This document shows positions 49,092 to 60,755 of a stretch of 64,000 nucleotides of DNA, in pieces. Below the pieces are notes generated by a model, which saw nothing but the letters and a program-made list of their open reading frames with translations, ran no database searches and had not been told where the DNA came from. A program made the translations under genes and the position numbers. The DNA lies in assembly GCA_973895155.1 (NCBI GenBank), contig OZ316893.1, positions 6,782,963 to 6,846,962 of the forward strand, read 5' to 3'. This stretch comes from Marsupella aquatica. Taxonomy: Eukaryota; Plantae; Marchantiophyta. Every line of letters begins with the position of its first letter. The first letter of the stretch is position 1.

Positions 49092-52000
49092 TGTGATGCC
49101 TAGCCAGGAATCACTAGGCAAGTTAAGTGGGGAAACGGAGGTGTACCCTATAAACACATTAGTATAGTAACAAAAACAAGGAAAATATAAACAATTAAGG
49201 GTGACTATGGAACCCGGGCCGTGGCCGGAGGTAAGGACGTCGGGGGAGAGAACACGGTTAGGGTTAGGGCACGCTAAGCATCGGCGGCTAGGGGTAACCA
49301 ACGGGAGGAAAGACCAGAGGAGGAGAGGGGTAAGGACCGCTCGCGAGGAACGATGGCTCATTTGCAAGCACGAACTGGGCAGACGACTACGGAAGGCCAA
49401 CTACTGTCAGCTACTTAGGCAAACACTCTGGGCGGGAGCAGATACCAACGATCGAGTCAAGGAGGGTATGAGCAACGTCAATCAAGCGGCACATTTTTGG
49501 GGATGCCTGTTCGAATGGGCAACTGAGTACATTTGGGCAACTGAGTACATTAGGACTTACGAGGACAAAGAATCAGAGAGAGCAGCTCGAGAACGGCAGG
49601 AGCTCGCTCGACTGTGGGAGCTGTAGAAGTCCACCTTCTTAGGAGGAGAACTCATCAAGGGCGAGTTCTTGTGGACTCCTACTGCCAATCAGCTCGATGA
49701 TCTTTTGTTTTGCGAAGACAGAATCGTCGGCATTTGGGAAGCCATCAATTGCTGCAATGACGCGCACTGGGAGTTGAAGGGTAGCACCGAGGGGTGGACA
49801 AAGGCAACTGTGCTAGGAGAAACATCCACGGCAGCCGAGATGAAGAGGAAAGGAAACAACAACGATGAGGCCACCCCGACAAAAAGAACGAGGTCGGCGG
49901 CACCAAGGAAGCCAGTAGAGCAGCAGAACAGGAGGCAGGGAGAAGCCAAAGAGGAGGAGGTCAATCCCATCAATGCCATTCCAACAAAGGATAACACTTG
50001 GAAAGGTTGGGCGGCGACCCTACCAGAGGAAGTGCAATTACATTTTGCACGGGAGGAGGATGCATGCTTTACGGCCATGCAGACCAAGAAGTACTAGGGC
50101 TTCATGGCCGGATCCGGCTTGGAAGCCTTCGTAAGATTACCATGGCTGAAGCCGGAGGTGCCGGACTCAGACTTATTAGAATTCATGGGATCATGGGAAC
50201 CCGAGACCAATTCCACGAGGGTGTATGGGAAGGATTTCTATCTCACTCCCCGGGTGATTGCCGAGGTGTTTGGCTTGCCGATGGGTAATAAGACCAAGGT
50301 TGATACCAGGAAGACCTTACCTGACAAGGAGTTCCGGTCGTTCCCAGGACCATCAACGAAGAATGGCTTCTTCCGGAACACCTGCACCAACCCTCACATC
50401 GGAGAGATGATCGATTTCTTGAGGGTGACCATGCATTGTAACTTGCCGAGGGCAGAGATCGGCAAGGCTCAGGTCTACCTGGCAGAAAGGCCAGACCCAA
50501 GCCGGGATTACAACGGGTACCTCCTCAACCAACTGAAGAAGATCTTGAAGGAGGAACAATAGGTGATCGGCGTGGGAAGCGTGTCCCGGCTTGGCTATCA
50601 CATGCCGCTGTTGTGCCGGTATGCCAGAAGTCAAATCTTTGCCCCAGTACTTCCCCTATCGGCAAGGGCACCGGAGGAGGTTCCGGAGTAGAGGCCGGCA
50701 ACAGAAGAGCCCAACCAGCCTGCCAGTCCTACGATCGAGCAGGTATTTCGGCCAAGCAAAGAAGACTTGCCGATGCAGCAATCAGGCATGCAGAATCTGC
50801 TGAAATTGCTGGAGAAGGAGAGAACGGCACCGGCAACAGCAACGGCACTGGTACAGGACACTGCCCCAGAGGCCGGCTTAAGCCGACTCAGGAGGGAAAA
50901 CCCCTTTACCGGAGCCAACGAGAGAAGGAGGCCGGAACACAAGCCGGGAGTTCAAATGTATGTGGGAGCTTCAAGCCTCGAATCGGAGGCAAAGCAGCCT
51001 AAGGCTCCTTCCCGCGGAAAGCAGAGGGAGAGGACAGCCTGGAAACCAGAGGAGGGACAAGAGCCCGTGATCTATGAGGCCATTTTCACGGCAGGACCAG
51101 GGGAACAGAAGGGGAAGTCGGGAGTCCAAGCAGTGGAGGAGGCGGTGGAGGACTACAGCAATGATAACTCCGGTTATGGGTCGGATCATCATGTTCCAGG
51201 AGTAAGGACCTATGGCCGATTTATCCCCACGCTTCCAAGAGTAGTTCGAGGGGACCCCACCCAGCAAAGTAGCCCCGAGTCTCCCCCACCAGAAGTTGCT
51301 CCCCCGAGCTTTGACGGTATAAAGCAGACGGCACAAGATTTTCAAAAGCGACTTAGGGAGGAAGAGAAAGCAGCCCTGGCTAGGGAGAAAGATTTACCAG
51401 GAGGAGATTGGCCGGAGGACATCAGGCGGCTTGCCGAAAAAAGAAGCAACCCTCTTGCCACCGTAGAAGAAATCCGCAAGGCGGCTTGGGAACAGAGGCC
51501 GAGGTGGTTGATGTCGATGACTTCTACTTACTCCACCTATGCTAAAGATAGAGCCATGGAGTACGGGGAGATGTGTGGGGACTTGGCGCTCAGCATCTTT
51601 GGGGAGGAGTTGGAGCAGGGACCTTTTTTCCAGAGGGAGATGTTGGAGAAGCACCGATTAGAAGAAGCGGTGGCTTTGGAGAGAAGTAAGAAGGACGAGG
51701 TCATCCGGCGGCTTAGGGATATGGAAGCCAAGGTGGAAGACTTGCAGGTGGCCAAGAAAGCCCAAGATGAGCTGTGGATTAAGCGGCATGAGCTAAACAT
51801 CATGCAAGGACAATTGGATGCCGCTCAGTCTGGCAATCAGATTATCAAGGATAAACTGACTCGGACCCAAGGAGAGTTGGCCAGCGCGGTCAAGGATAGG
51901 GAAAAGTGGAAGCAAGAGCTGAGGGACGCAGAGGAGGCCCACATAACTGCCAACAACCGGGCCATGGCGGAGACTCAGAGAAGGGAGAGGGTGTTGAAAG

Positions 52001-53831
52001 GAGAGCTCGAGGATATCCGCGGAGCCCTTGAGCAGAAGGAGGCTGAGTTAGGGAAATCCTATCAAGGGATTATTGCGCTGCAGCAGGAGCTTGCGTCCCT
52101 GACGGCCAGCTTCAAGGCCGACCTGCGTGAGAAGGATGACCAGCTCGACCAGACTTATGCCAAGATGAATCAGATGGAGTCTGAGGTTGTAGCGGAGCTC
52201 GACAAGGGGCTAAGAGCAACCCAGGAGGAGAGCGCTACCTTAAAATTGGAATTGGAGGAAGCCAAAAAGGGGCTGCAAGAGGGGCGGAAGGACCTGGAGG
52301 AAGCCCAGGAGGAGTTGGAGGAAACCACCAAGAAGATGGAGAACTTACAACGGCGGGCCGACAACCAAATGGAGCGGCTGAAGAAACAGGCCGCAGTATT
52401 TAAGTGCTTAGCTTCATCTGGTCCAACTCCAATTGTGGGAACTCCGTTACCAGGAGGGGTACTGGCCAAAGGACAAGCCGAGACACACGCCCCGGTGCCG
52501 AAGGTAGGTAGCAAGGGGAAGGGGCCAGCTACCAAAATAGGGAAGAAGAAGAAGCGGAAACCTTCTGGGTCTAGGAGTTATACGGCTTACCAAGCCGTTG
52601 TGACCCAGGAGGTCAACCCGGCACCAACCTCCGGCATGATTACGGCAGTAGATCCACCTGTTGAAGAAGGTGGGGATGGCAAGGCCGAGGCCGGGACAGC
52701 TATTGATGAAGCCGAGGTACCGGATCCTCCACTAGAACATGTCGGGGAGGCCGAAGCCGTATCGAGGGCCGTGACCGATGCTGGGGCCGAAGCCGAGGGT
52801 GGACCCAGTCAAGCCGATGAAGAGTTGACTCGGTCCGGGGTAGGTAATCTGTCAGAGGACGGACCGACGGCAGTGGCTACGGGGGAGGCGTTGGGGGCGT
52901 CCATTGAGGGTCCGCCACCGGTGTCGTGACGGTGCAAGGGCGCCGTTCCTTTAAGGAAGGGCGGACGTGGAGGTAGGAGGTGTGAGTGGGCAGGGCGGGC
53001 TCAGATCTCCAAGTTTAGGATTAGGATCAAGACTAGGAGACGGCCCTGACACTTAGATTAGTGGGATGGCGGATCCACTGGTAGGAGCAACACTTGTGCT
53101 CCTGCCTCGCTGTACAGTTAGGTAGATTACAGGTAGTATAGATTAAGCTTACGCAGCAAAGTTCTGGATAGATCCGCTGCCAGGATAAATACCTGGGCAG
53201 CGGGGAGTCCAGGGCTTCTTCTTTAACAAGTTTTTAGTTGCACCAGCAGGGCAGGGATTAAGTAGTAAGAGAAGCTCTCGGTTAGTTATACAATGACCCT
53301 TGTGTATATTCATGTTTCCTCATGCCTAAGAACTGAATAGAGTTGGCCTCACGGCTTAGTTTGCAGAGCTTGTGTATGAGATGTACTGTTTGTATGGCAA
53401 GTGCATGGTATAACTCAATCAAAAGGAGTCATTTTGCTGTTTGTGTGTCGCATTAACTTGTGTGAAGAGAGCCCACATCAATGAAGGGAAGTAGCAAGGG
53501 AGTGAGAGTTGGATGTGTCGAGCTGAGAGAGGTCTTAGCGGCTTAACCAAGCCAATTGGGGATCATTCCGGTGGCGGAATCCAAACATACCTAATGGAAG
53601 ACCAGGAGAGGAATACAAGGGAAGGCCTAGAATAAGCCGGCTAAGTATCTCATGACCCGATGAAGGATCTGTCCAGTATATGTGTGTAAAATGTTAATAG
53701 TAGTAGAAGGAGAGTTAGCAACGTCCCATGCCGCTAAGCCGCGGAAACGGCCTCGCCAAGGACCAAACCTGCGGGAATCGGCTTGAGCAAGGGGGTTTTC
53801 TTGGGTTTGGGGAGCCATGGGACGCACCACA
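49092..53831 (+). mobile_element. Solo LTR (4,740 bp), more diverged subfamily
   Basis: TGTGATGC…GCACCACA with perfect TSD AGGGG at 49087-49091 and 53832-53836. Confidence 0.95.
49468..52929 (+). pseudogene. LTR-encoded protein in second solo LTR, 3 premature TAG stops (49626, 50097, 50562)
   Basis: ORFs 49201, 49669, 50104 and 50767 are co-frame, with in-frame indels relative to other copies. Confidence 0.85.
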
Positions 53832-53896
53832 AGGGGGAGTGATTTTGTTCATCACGTAGTGCCTAGTCTTCCCACATCTTACAATGGGAATGTGGT

Positions 53897-55987
53897 TGTG
53901 GTGCGTCCCATGGCTCCCTAAACCCCAGAAACCCCCCTTCACAAGCCGATTCCCGCAGGTTTTGTGCTTGGCAAGACCGTTTTTGCGGCTTAGTGGCATG
54001 GGACACTGCTAACCTCCTTCTACTACTACTATTAACATTTTACACACATATACTGGACAGATCCTTCATTGGGTCATGAGATACGTAGCCGGCCTAATCT
54101 AGGCCTTCCCTTGTCTTCCCCTCCTTCTTGTTAGGTATATTTGGATTCCGCCGCCGGAATGATCCCCAATAGGCTTGGTTAAGCCGCTAAGACCTCTCTC
54201 AGCTCGACACATCCAACTCTCACTCCCTTGCTTACTTTCCTTCATCTATTAGTTGACGTGGGCACTCTTCACACAAGTTAATGCGACACACAAATAGCAA
54301 AATGACTCCTTCTGACTGAGTCATACCATGCACTTGCCATACAAACAGTACATCTCATACACAAGCTCTGCGAACTAAGCCGTGAGGCCAACTCTATTCA
54401 GCTCTTAGGCATGAGGAAACATGAATATACACAAGGGTCACTGTATGACTAACCGAGAGCTTCTCTTACTACTTGATCCCAGCCCGGCTGGTGCAACTAA
54501 AAACTTGCTAAAGAAGAGGCCCTGAGCTCCCCGCTGCCCAGGTACTTATCCTGGTAGTGGATCCGCCATTCTTTGCATCGTAAGCCTAATCTACCTAACA
54601 GTAATCTACTTGCCCGAATCTACCTATGTACAGTAAGGCAGGAGCACAAGTGTTGCTCCTACCAGTGGAACCGCAATCCCACTAAGCTAAGTGTCAGGGC
54701 CGCCTCCTGGTCCTGATCCTAATCCTAAACTTAGAGATCTGAGCCCGCCCTGCCCACTCACGCCTCCTCCCTCCACGTCCGCCCTCCTTGAAAGGAGCGG
54801 CCCTCCACCACCGTCATGGCAACGGTGTCTGTTCCTCAGTGGACGCCCCCAACGCTTCCTCCTCAGCCACTGCCGTAGGTTCGTTCTCTGACAGATTACC
54901 TGCCCTTGACTGAGTCAACTCTCCATCGGCCTGACTGGGTCCACCCTTGGCATCGGCATCGGCTTCAACATCAGCCTCGGCTACGGCCTCAGCCTCGGCT
55001 TCATTACCGAGTATCCTGGCCTCAGCTTTGTCATCCCCTTCTTCTAGGGTAGTTGGATCCTCTGCCGTAATCTTGCCTGAGGTCGGTGTTGGGTTTACCT
55101 CCTTGGTCACCACGGCCTGTGGAGCCGTATTACTCCTTGACCCTGAAGGTTTCCGCTTCTTCTTCTTTTCTGGTTCGGCAGCTGGCCCCTTCCCCTTCCC
55201 ACTTACTTCCGGCACTGGTGCAAATGGCGCGGCTTGTCCTTCGGCCAGTACCACTCCTGGTAACTTAGTGGCCTCAATTTGAGTTGGCCCTGATGAAGCC
55301 AAGCACTTAAATACTACGGCTTGTTTCTTCAGCCGCTCCGTTTGGTTGTCGGCTCGTCGTTGTAAGTTCTCTAGCTTTCGCGTGCTTTCCTCCAACTCTT
55401 CCTGCACTTCATCCAGGTCCTTGCGCGCCTCCTCCAACTACCTGTGGGCTTCCTCCAGTTCCTTCTTAAACGCAGCTCTCTCCTCCCGGGTCGCTCTTAA
55501 CTCCTTGTCGAGCTCTGCAATGATGACAGACTCCATCTGGTTCATCTTGGCGTAAGTCTGATCGAGCATATTGTCCTTCTCACGCAGGTCGGCTTTGAAG
55601 TTGGCCGTCAAGGACGCAAGCTCCTGCTGCAGCGCAATAATCCCTTGATAGGATTTCCCTAACTCGGCCTCCTTCTGCTCAAGGGCTCCGTGGATAACCT
55701 CGAGCTCCCCCTTCAATGCCCTTTCCCTTCTCTGGGTCTCCGCCATGGCCCAGTTGTTGGTTGTTATGTGGGCCTCCTCTGCATCCCTCAGCTCTCGCTT
55801 CCACTTTTCCCGCTCCTTGATCGCATCGGCCAACTCTTCTTGGGTTCGAGTCAGTTTATTCTCGATAATCCGATTATCAGACTGTGCGGTATCCAATTGG
55901 CCTTGCATGATATTTAGCTCATGCCGCTTAATCCGCAGCTCATCTTGGGCTTTCTTGGCCGCCCTTGGGTCTTTGATTTTGGCTTCT
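53897..55987 (-). mobile_element. Inverted LTR of the giant-LTR family (3' ~2.1 kb), interrupted by copy B
   Basis: Starts TGTGGTGCGTCCC (reverse complement of the LTR end); minus-strand ORFs 55438-55908 and 54814-55437 encode the coiled-coil C-terminus; cut at 55987/55988. Confidence 0.92.
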
Positions 55988-57692
55988 TGTGATGCCTAGA
56001 CAGGAATCACTCGGCCGGTTAAGTGGGTAAAGCAGGAAGGCACCCTAGGAACATCTTAGTATAGGGACAAAACAAGGAAAATATAAACAATTAGGGGCAA
56101 CCATGGAACCCGGGCCGAGGCCGGAGGTAAGGCTAAGGGTGAAAACCCGATTAGGGTTAGGGCGCGTTAAGCATCGGCGGCTAGGAAGGATCAACGGGAA
56201 GAAGGACCGGCAGAGGAGAGGGGTAAGGAGCGCTTGCAGGAGATGGTGGCTCATTTGCGAGCACGACTAGGCAGACGACTACGGGAGGCCAACTACTGTC
56301 AGCTGCTTAGGCAAGCACTCGGGGAGAGAGTAGATACCGACGATCGACCTAAGGAGGGTATGAGCAACGTAAATCAAGCGGCACATTTCTGGGGATGCCT
56401 GTTCGAACGGGCAACTGAGTACATCAAGACTTACAAGGACGAGGAGTCAGAAAGGGCAGCTCGAGAACGGCTGGAGCTCGCTCGATTGTGGGAGCTGCAG
56501 AAGACGGCTTTCTTAGGAGGCGAACTCATCAAGGACGAGTTCCTGTGGACGCCTACTTCCAATCAACTCGACGATCTTCTGTTTTGCAAAGACAGCGTCG
56601 TCGGCATCCGAGAGGCCATCAAGAACTGTAACGACATACACTGGGAATTAAAGGGTAGCACGGAAAGGTGGACCCAGGCAACGGTCAAGGGCAGGTAATC
56701 TGTCAGTAGGCGGGCCAACGGCAGTGGCTGAGGAGGAAGTGTTGGGGGCGTCCATTGAGGATCCACCACCGGTGTCGTGACGGTGCAAGGGCGCCGTTCC
56801 TTTTAGGGAGGGCGGACGTGGAGGGAGGAGGCGTGAGTGGGCAGGGCGGGCGCGGATCTCCACGTTTAGGATTAGGATCAGAACCAGGAGCGGCCCTGAC
56901 ACTTAGCTTAGTGGGATTGCGGTTCCACTGGTAGGAGCAACACTTGTGCTCCTGCCTTACTGTACATAGGTAGATTCGGGCAAGTAGATTACTGTTAGGT
57001 AGATTAGGCTTACGATGCAAAGAATGGCGGATCCACTACCAGGATAAGTACCTGGGCAGCGGGGAGCTCAGGGCCTCTTCTTTAGCAAGTTTTTAGTTTG
57101 CACCAGCCAGGCTGGGATCAAGTAGTACGAGAAGCTCTCGGTTAGTCATACAGTGACCCTTGTGTATATTCATGTTTCCTCATGCCTAAGAGCTGAATAG
57201 AGTTGGCCTCACGGCTTAGTTCGCAGAACTTGTGTATGAGATGTACTGTTTGTATGGCAAGTGCATGGTATGACTCAGTCAGAATGAGTCATTTTGCTAT
57301 TTGTGTGTCGCATTAACTTGTGTGAAGAGTGCCCACATCAACAGAAGGAAGGAAAGTAAGCAGGGGAGTGAGAGTTGGATGTGTCGAGCTGAGAGAGGTC
57401 TTAGCGGCTTAACCAAGCCTATTGGGGATCATTCCGGCGGCGGAATCCAAACATACCTAACAAGAAGACAGGGGAAGACAGGGGAAGGCCTATATTAGGC
57501 CGGCTACGTATCTCATGACCCGATGAAGGATCTGTCCAGTATATGTGTGTAAAATGTTAATAGTAGTAGTAGAAAGTTAGCAGCGTCCCATGCCGCTAAG
57601 CCGCGGAAACGGCCTCGCCAAGCACGAAACCTGCGGGAATCGGCTTGAGCTGGGGGGTTTCTTGGGTTTAGGGAGCCATGGGACGCACCACA
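55988..57692 (+). repeat. 5' LTR of copy B with ~2.9-kb internal deletion (1,705 bp)
   Basis: Junction GGCAACGGT|CAAGGGCAGG at 56685/56686 joins positions equivalent to 7135 and 10057. Confidence 0.92.
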
Positions 57693-57761
57693 TTTTTGGC
57701 GCTAGATGGAGGGGGCATTTCTTAAGCCGTGAGATATGAAGTTAGAACGGAAGCGTAGGTA

Positions 57762-60755
57762 ATGACTGACCTTACGCCGAGGGAAGAAAGAGTGATTCAA
57801 CAGGAGAGAGCTCGACTGCAGCAGCTCGCCGGGTGGCATGATACACAGCGACTGAGAGGGGCAGAAAGAGCTGGTAGCTCCGAAACTGGAAGTGGCGTCG
57901 AAGAAGACATACCAGAAGAAGAGTCGGTAAGGAGAAGTGAGTCTCCAACCGACATGGGGGAACCAGAGGCACGGCCAGACGAGAGGCCAGGGACCAGATT
58001 GAGCCAGCGGTCGCGCATACATTACAAGGCATTTCATGGGAGAGGAGATGAGGATCCGGATGAATGGTTGGATGATTTCGAGGGAACCGCTGCAGCAAAT
58101 GGAGAATCGGCCATCAAGATGCAGATTCTTCCCGGCCTGTTCAAGGGTGAGGCTAGGCCTTGGTACAGAGCATTAGATGTGGAAGATCAAGCCATCTGGG
58201 ATATCTTCAAAACACTCTTTGTTAAGGAGTTTCGACCCATTGGAACTTCAGAACTAGCAGTGCTGAAGTTGGGACAACTTCGGTTCAAGGAGAACAAATT
58301 CTTCAGGAAGTTCTTGCAACGCTTTCAGAAACTGGTAAGACGTACAAAGACCAATGCATCTGAAGGTATGCAACTTCAATGGTTGGTGAATGCTTTGCCA
58401 CAGAAGATGAGTTTTGCAATTAGGAAGGAGAACCCGAAGACTTTAGCCGAAGCAATTAAGGATATTCAATTATACATTAATGCAGATATCACAAGCCGGA
58501 AGAAACAGCTTAAGTCTGAGAGTTCCTCATCAGAGGAGGGATCACCCCATAAGAAAAAAGATAAGAAGAAGAAACATTCCAAGAAGTCTAGAAGTGATAA
58601 GTCAAGCTCGGATAGTGGGAGTAGCAAGAGTGAGTCATCTTCTAGTTCTGAAGAAGAAAAAACTAGGAAAAGGAAGGGCAGAAGGAGAGGGAAGACGAAA
58701 GTCAAGATGGAGGCTAAGCCACCAGATAACATCGTAGCCCTTACCGAGCAACTTAAGGCTATCATTGCAGAGGTAAAACCAAAGAAGAAGGTAGTACAAG
58801 AGGATAGCTCTGTATGGTGTGCCTTATGTTATAAAACCGGACACCATAAAGATGCGTGTCCTAAGCTTAATACTAATCATGTTCGGCATGTGGCCGAGAT
58901 CAGACCATGTCAGGGAGAAGTAGAGTACTTTTTGGGAGATGCCGCTGATAGTGTTTTCGGCATCAGTGAGACTGGAGCACGAGACCTATCCAACAGACCT
59001 GCATCTCTGTGGTCAGGGTTAAGGAACAATCCAGGAGAGATGTATCCTCGGATTATTCAGAACCCGTCAGTACCTCCTAGGCCGAATGTGCAAAGATTTG
59101 CGGCGTGCTATAATTGTGGTCAACCTGGCCATTTTGCTAGAGAATGCCCGAATGCACGCAAACAGGGTGATGGACAACCAGCTCAGCTATGTATGGGATG
59201 CCGACAGGAAGGTCATATGCTAGGGCAATGTCCTACTTGGTTGGCAGGCCTGGCCGCAAATCATAAGCTTTTGCCGATCAAGATCTTACCGCCAGGTACT
59301 ACCCCCGGAGGAGTTCAAATCAACCACATCGAACTAGGATGGCAAGAGGATGCCGAGGCAGAGTTCGTACCATCTGATGATGAGGCCGAAGCCCTATCAA
59401 CCTTCTCAGAGGAGGATTTAGATCATGATTGCTACCGGGTCTCTACTCGATCTACCAGAAGGAAGGAAAGGTGGGATGGGCTGGCCAAAAATAAAGGGAA
59501 GGTTACGGAGGAAAGGATCGACTCTTCGTCAACATCAACAGAAGGAGAAGGGAGGGCTCCGGCAATACAGGTAAGCCATGAGCCCACCAGTGAAACCAAT
59601 CCTTCACAAGATAGCGACTTCAATCGAGATCATCCTAAGTTGTTCTACCCCTCTGTTACGGCTAGTGTTAAGGAACAACTAAGAGAATTAGAAACCCTGG
59701 AGAATACCGAAGCCATTGCCAAGGATGTAAAACGAGCAAAAGCATTGTTTGCTTCGGAAGACCCAACAGCTGTGGAGACTAGCGTGGCAAAATTGGCTGA
59801 ATCCAAGACGGAAACACCACCAGAAGAGAAGCCGATTGTTCCCTATGACCTGGCTAAAGATGTACTAGAATCTAGAGTCTCGGCAACAGTAGGTCAACTA
59901 TTGAAAAATAGCCCGTACTTCCGGAAGCAATTAAGGAAGGTTATTCTCGGCAAGCCGAGATTACCCAAGGTAGCAACCAGATCCAACGTACTAATGATAG
60001 AAGAAGATCAAGGAGCCCCAGCATTACCATTAATGATTCAAGGAGAATTATTACTACGGGTACCCATCGATGGAGGATCAGGGGTATGTATTATGATTGA
60101 TTCAACAGCAAAAGGGTGGGGTCTAACACCGGAGATGACTGGAAGAGTGTTGAACATGGCCAATGGATATCAGGTCATTCCGACGGGAGTGTTAACCGGC
60201 ATCAAGACAGAGATAGGAGGTATCTTCTTTAGCATTAACTATGTAGTAATGAAGCCGGTAAATCCTACGTCATTCCGGCTATTGATTGGTAGGCCATGGC
60301 TGTACCTAGCCGAGGTAATAGAAGATTGGGGTAAAAAGCAGTTCACTTTCGGGACCCCCTCTATCACGGTATCCTGGGACACTAAGGATGACCGTAGGAA
60401 AAGCATAAGGGAAGTAGATGGGTACGACAGTGGACTGGAGTCAGCCGATGAAGTACGTTGGTTAGAATGCCTCACTAACCTAACCGAAGAAGGTGTCTTT
60501 GGACCAGAGGTACCCCCCAGCGGATTATGGCAAGAACCAATGGAAGGTGACTTGGAAGAAGAAGACGAAGAGGTCGAGGACTGCTTTACAATAGAATCCA
60601 CCTTTTTAGCTGCAATTCCGGAGGAAGTAAAGGATGTAGACCAATTGGATGAAACGGCTAAGTGGGGAGCAGTAGCAGGGACAGTGGATTTTCTGCAGGC
60701 GTTGTGGCAGAGCCGACGGGGTCCACAACGCCATCGATCATCGGCAAGGAATTAA
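57762..60755 (+). CDS. gag: gag-protease, intact 997 aa
   Basis: Gag, three CCHC knuckles and protease IDGGS in one ORF. Confidence 0.93.
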   Translation: MTDLTPREERVIQQERARLQQLAGWHDTQRLRGAERAGSSETGSGVEEDIPEEESVRRSESPTDMGEPEARPDERPGTRLSQRSRIHYKAFHGRGDEDPDEWLDDFEGTAAANGESAIKMQILPGLFKGEARPWYRALDVEDQAIWDIFKTLFVKEFRPIGTSELAVLKLGQLRFKENKFFRKFLQRFQKLVRRTKTNASEGMQLQWLVNALPQKMSFAIRKENPKTLAEAIKDIQLYINADITSRKKQLKSESSSSEEGSPHKKKDKKKKHSKKSRSDKSSSDSGSSKSESSSSSEEEKTRKRKGRRRGKTKVKMEAKPPDNIVALTEQLKAIIAEVKPKKKVVQEDSSVWCALCYKTGHHKDACPKLNTNHVRHVAEIRPCQGEVEYFLGDAADSVFGISETGARDLSNRPASLWSGLRNNPGEMYPRIIQNPSVPPRPNVQRFAACYNCGQPGHFARECPNARKQGDGQPAQLCMGCRQEGHMLGQCPTWLAGLAANHKLLPIKILPPGTTPGGVQINHIELGWQEDAEAEFVPSDDEAEALSTFSEEDLDHDCYRVSTRSTRRKERWDGLAKNKGKVTEERIDSSSTSTEGEGRAPAIQVSHEPTSETNPSQDSDFNRDHPKLFYPSVTASVKEQLRELETLENTEAIAKDVKRAKALFASEDPTAVETSVAKLAESKTETPPEEKPIVPYDLAKDVLESRVSATVGQLLKNSPYFRKQLRKVILGKPRLPKVATRSNVLMIEEDQGAPALPLMIQGELLLRVPIDGGSGVCIMIDSTAKGWGLTPEMTGRVLNMANGYQVIPTGVLTGIKTEIGGIFFSINYVVMKPVNPTSFRLLIGRPWLYLAEVIEDWGKKQFTFGTPSITVSWDTKDDRRKSIREVDGYDSGLESADEVRWLECLTNLTEEGVFGPEVPPSGLWQEPMEGDLEEEDEEVEDCFTIESTFLAAIPEEVKDVDQLDETAKWGAVAGTVDFLQALWQSRRGPQRHRSSARN

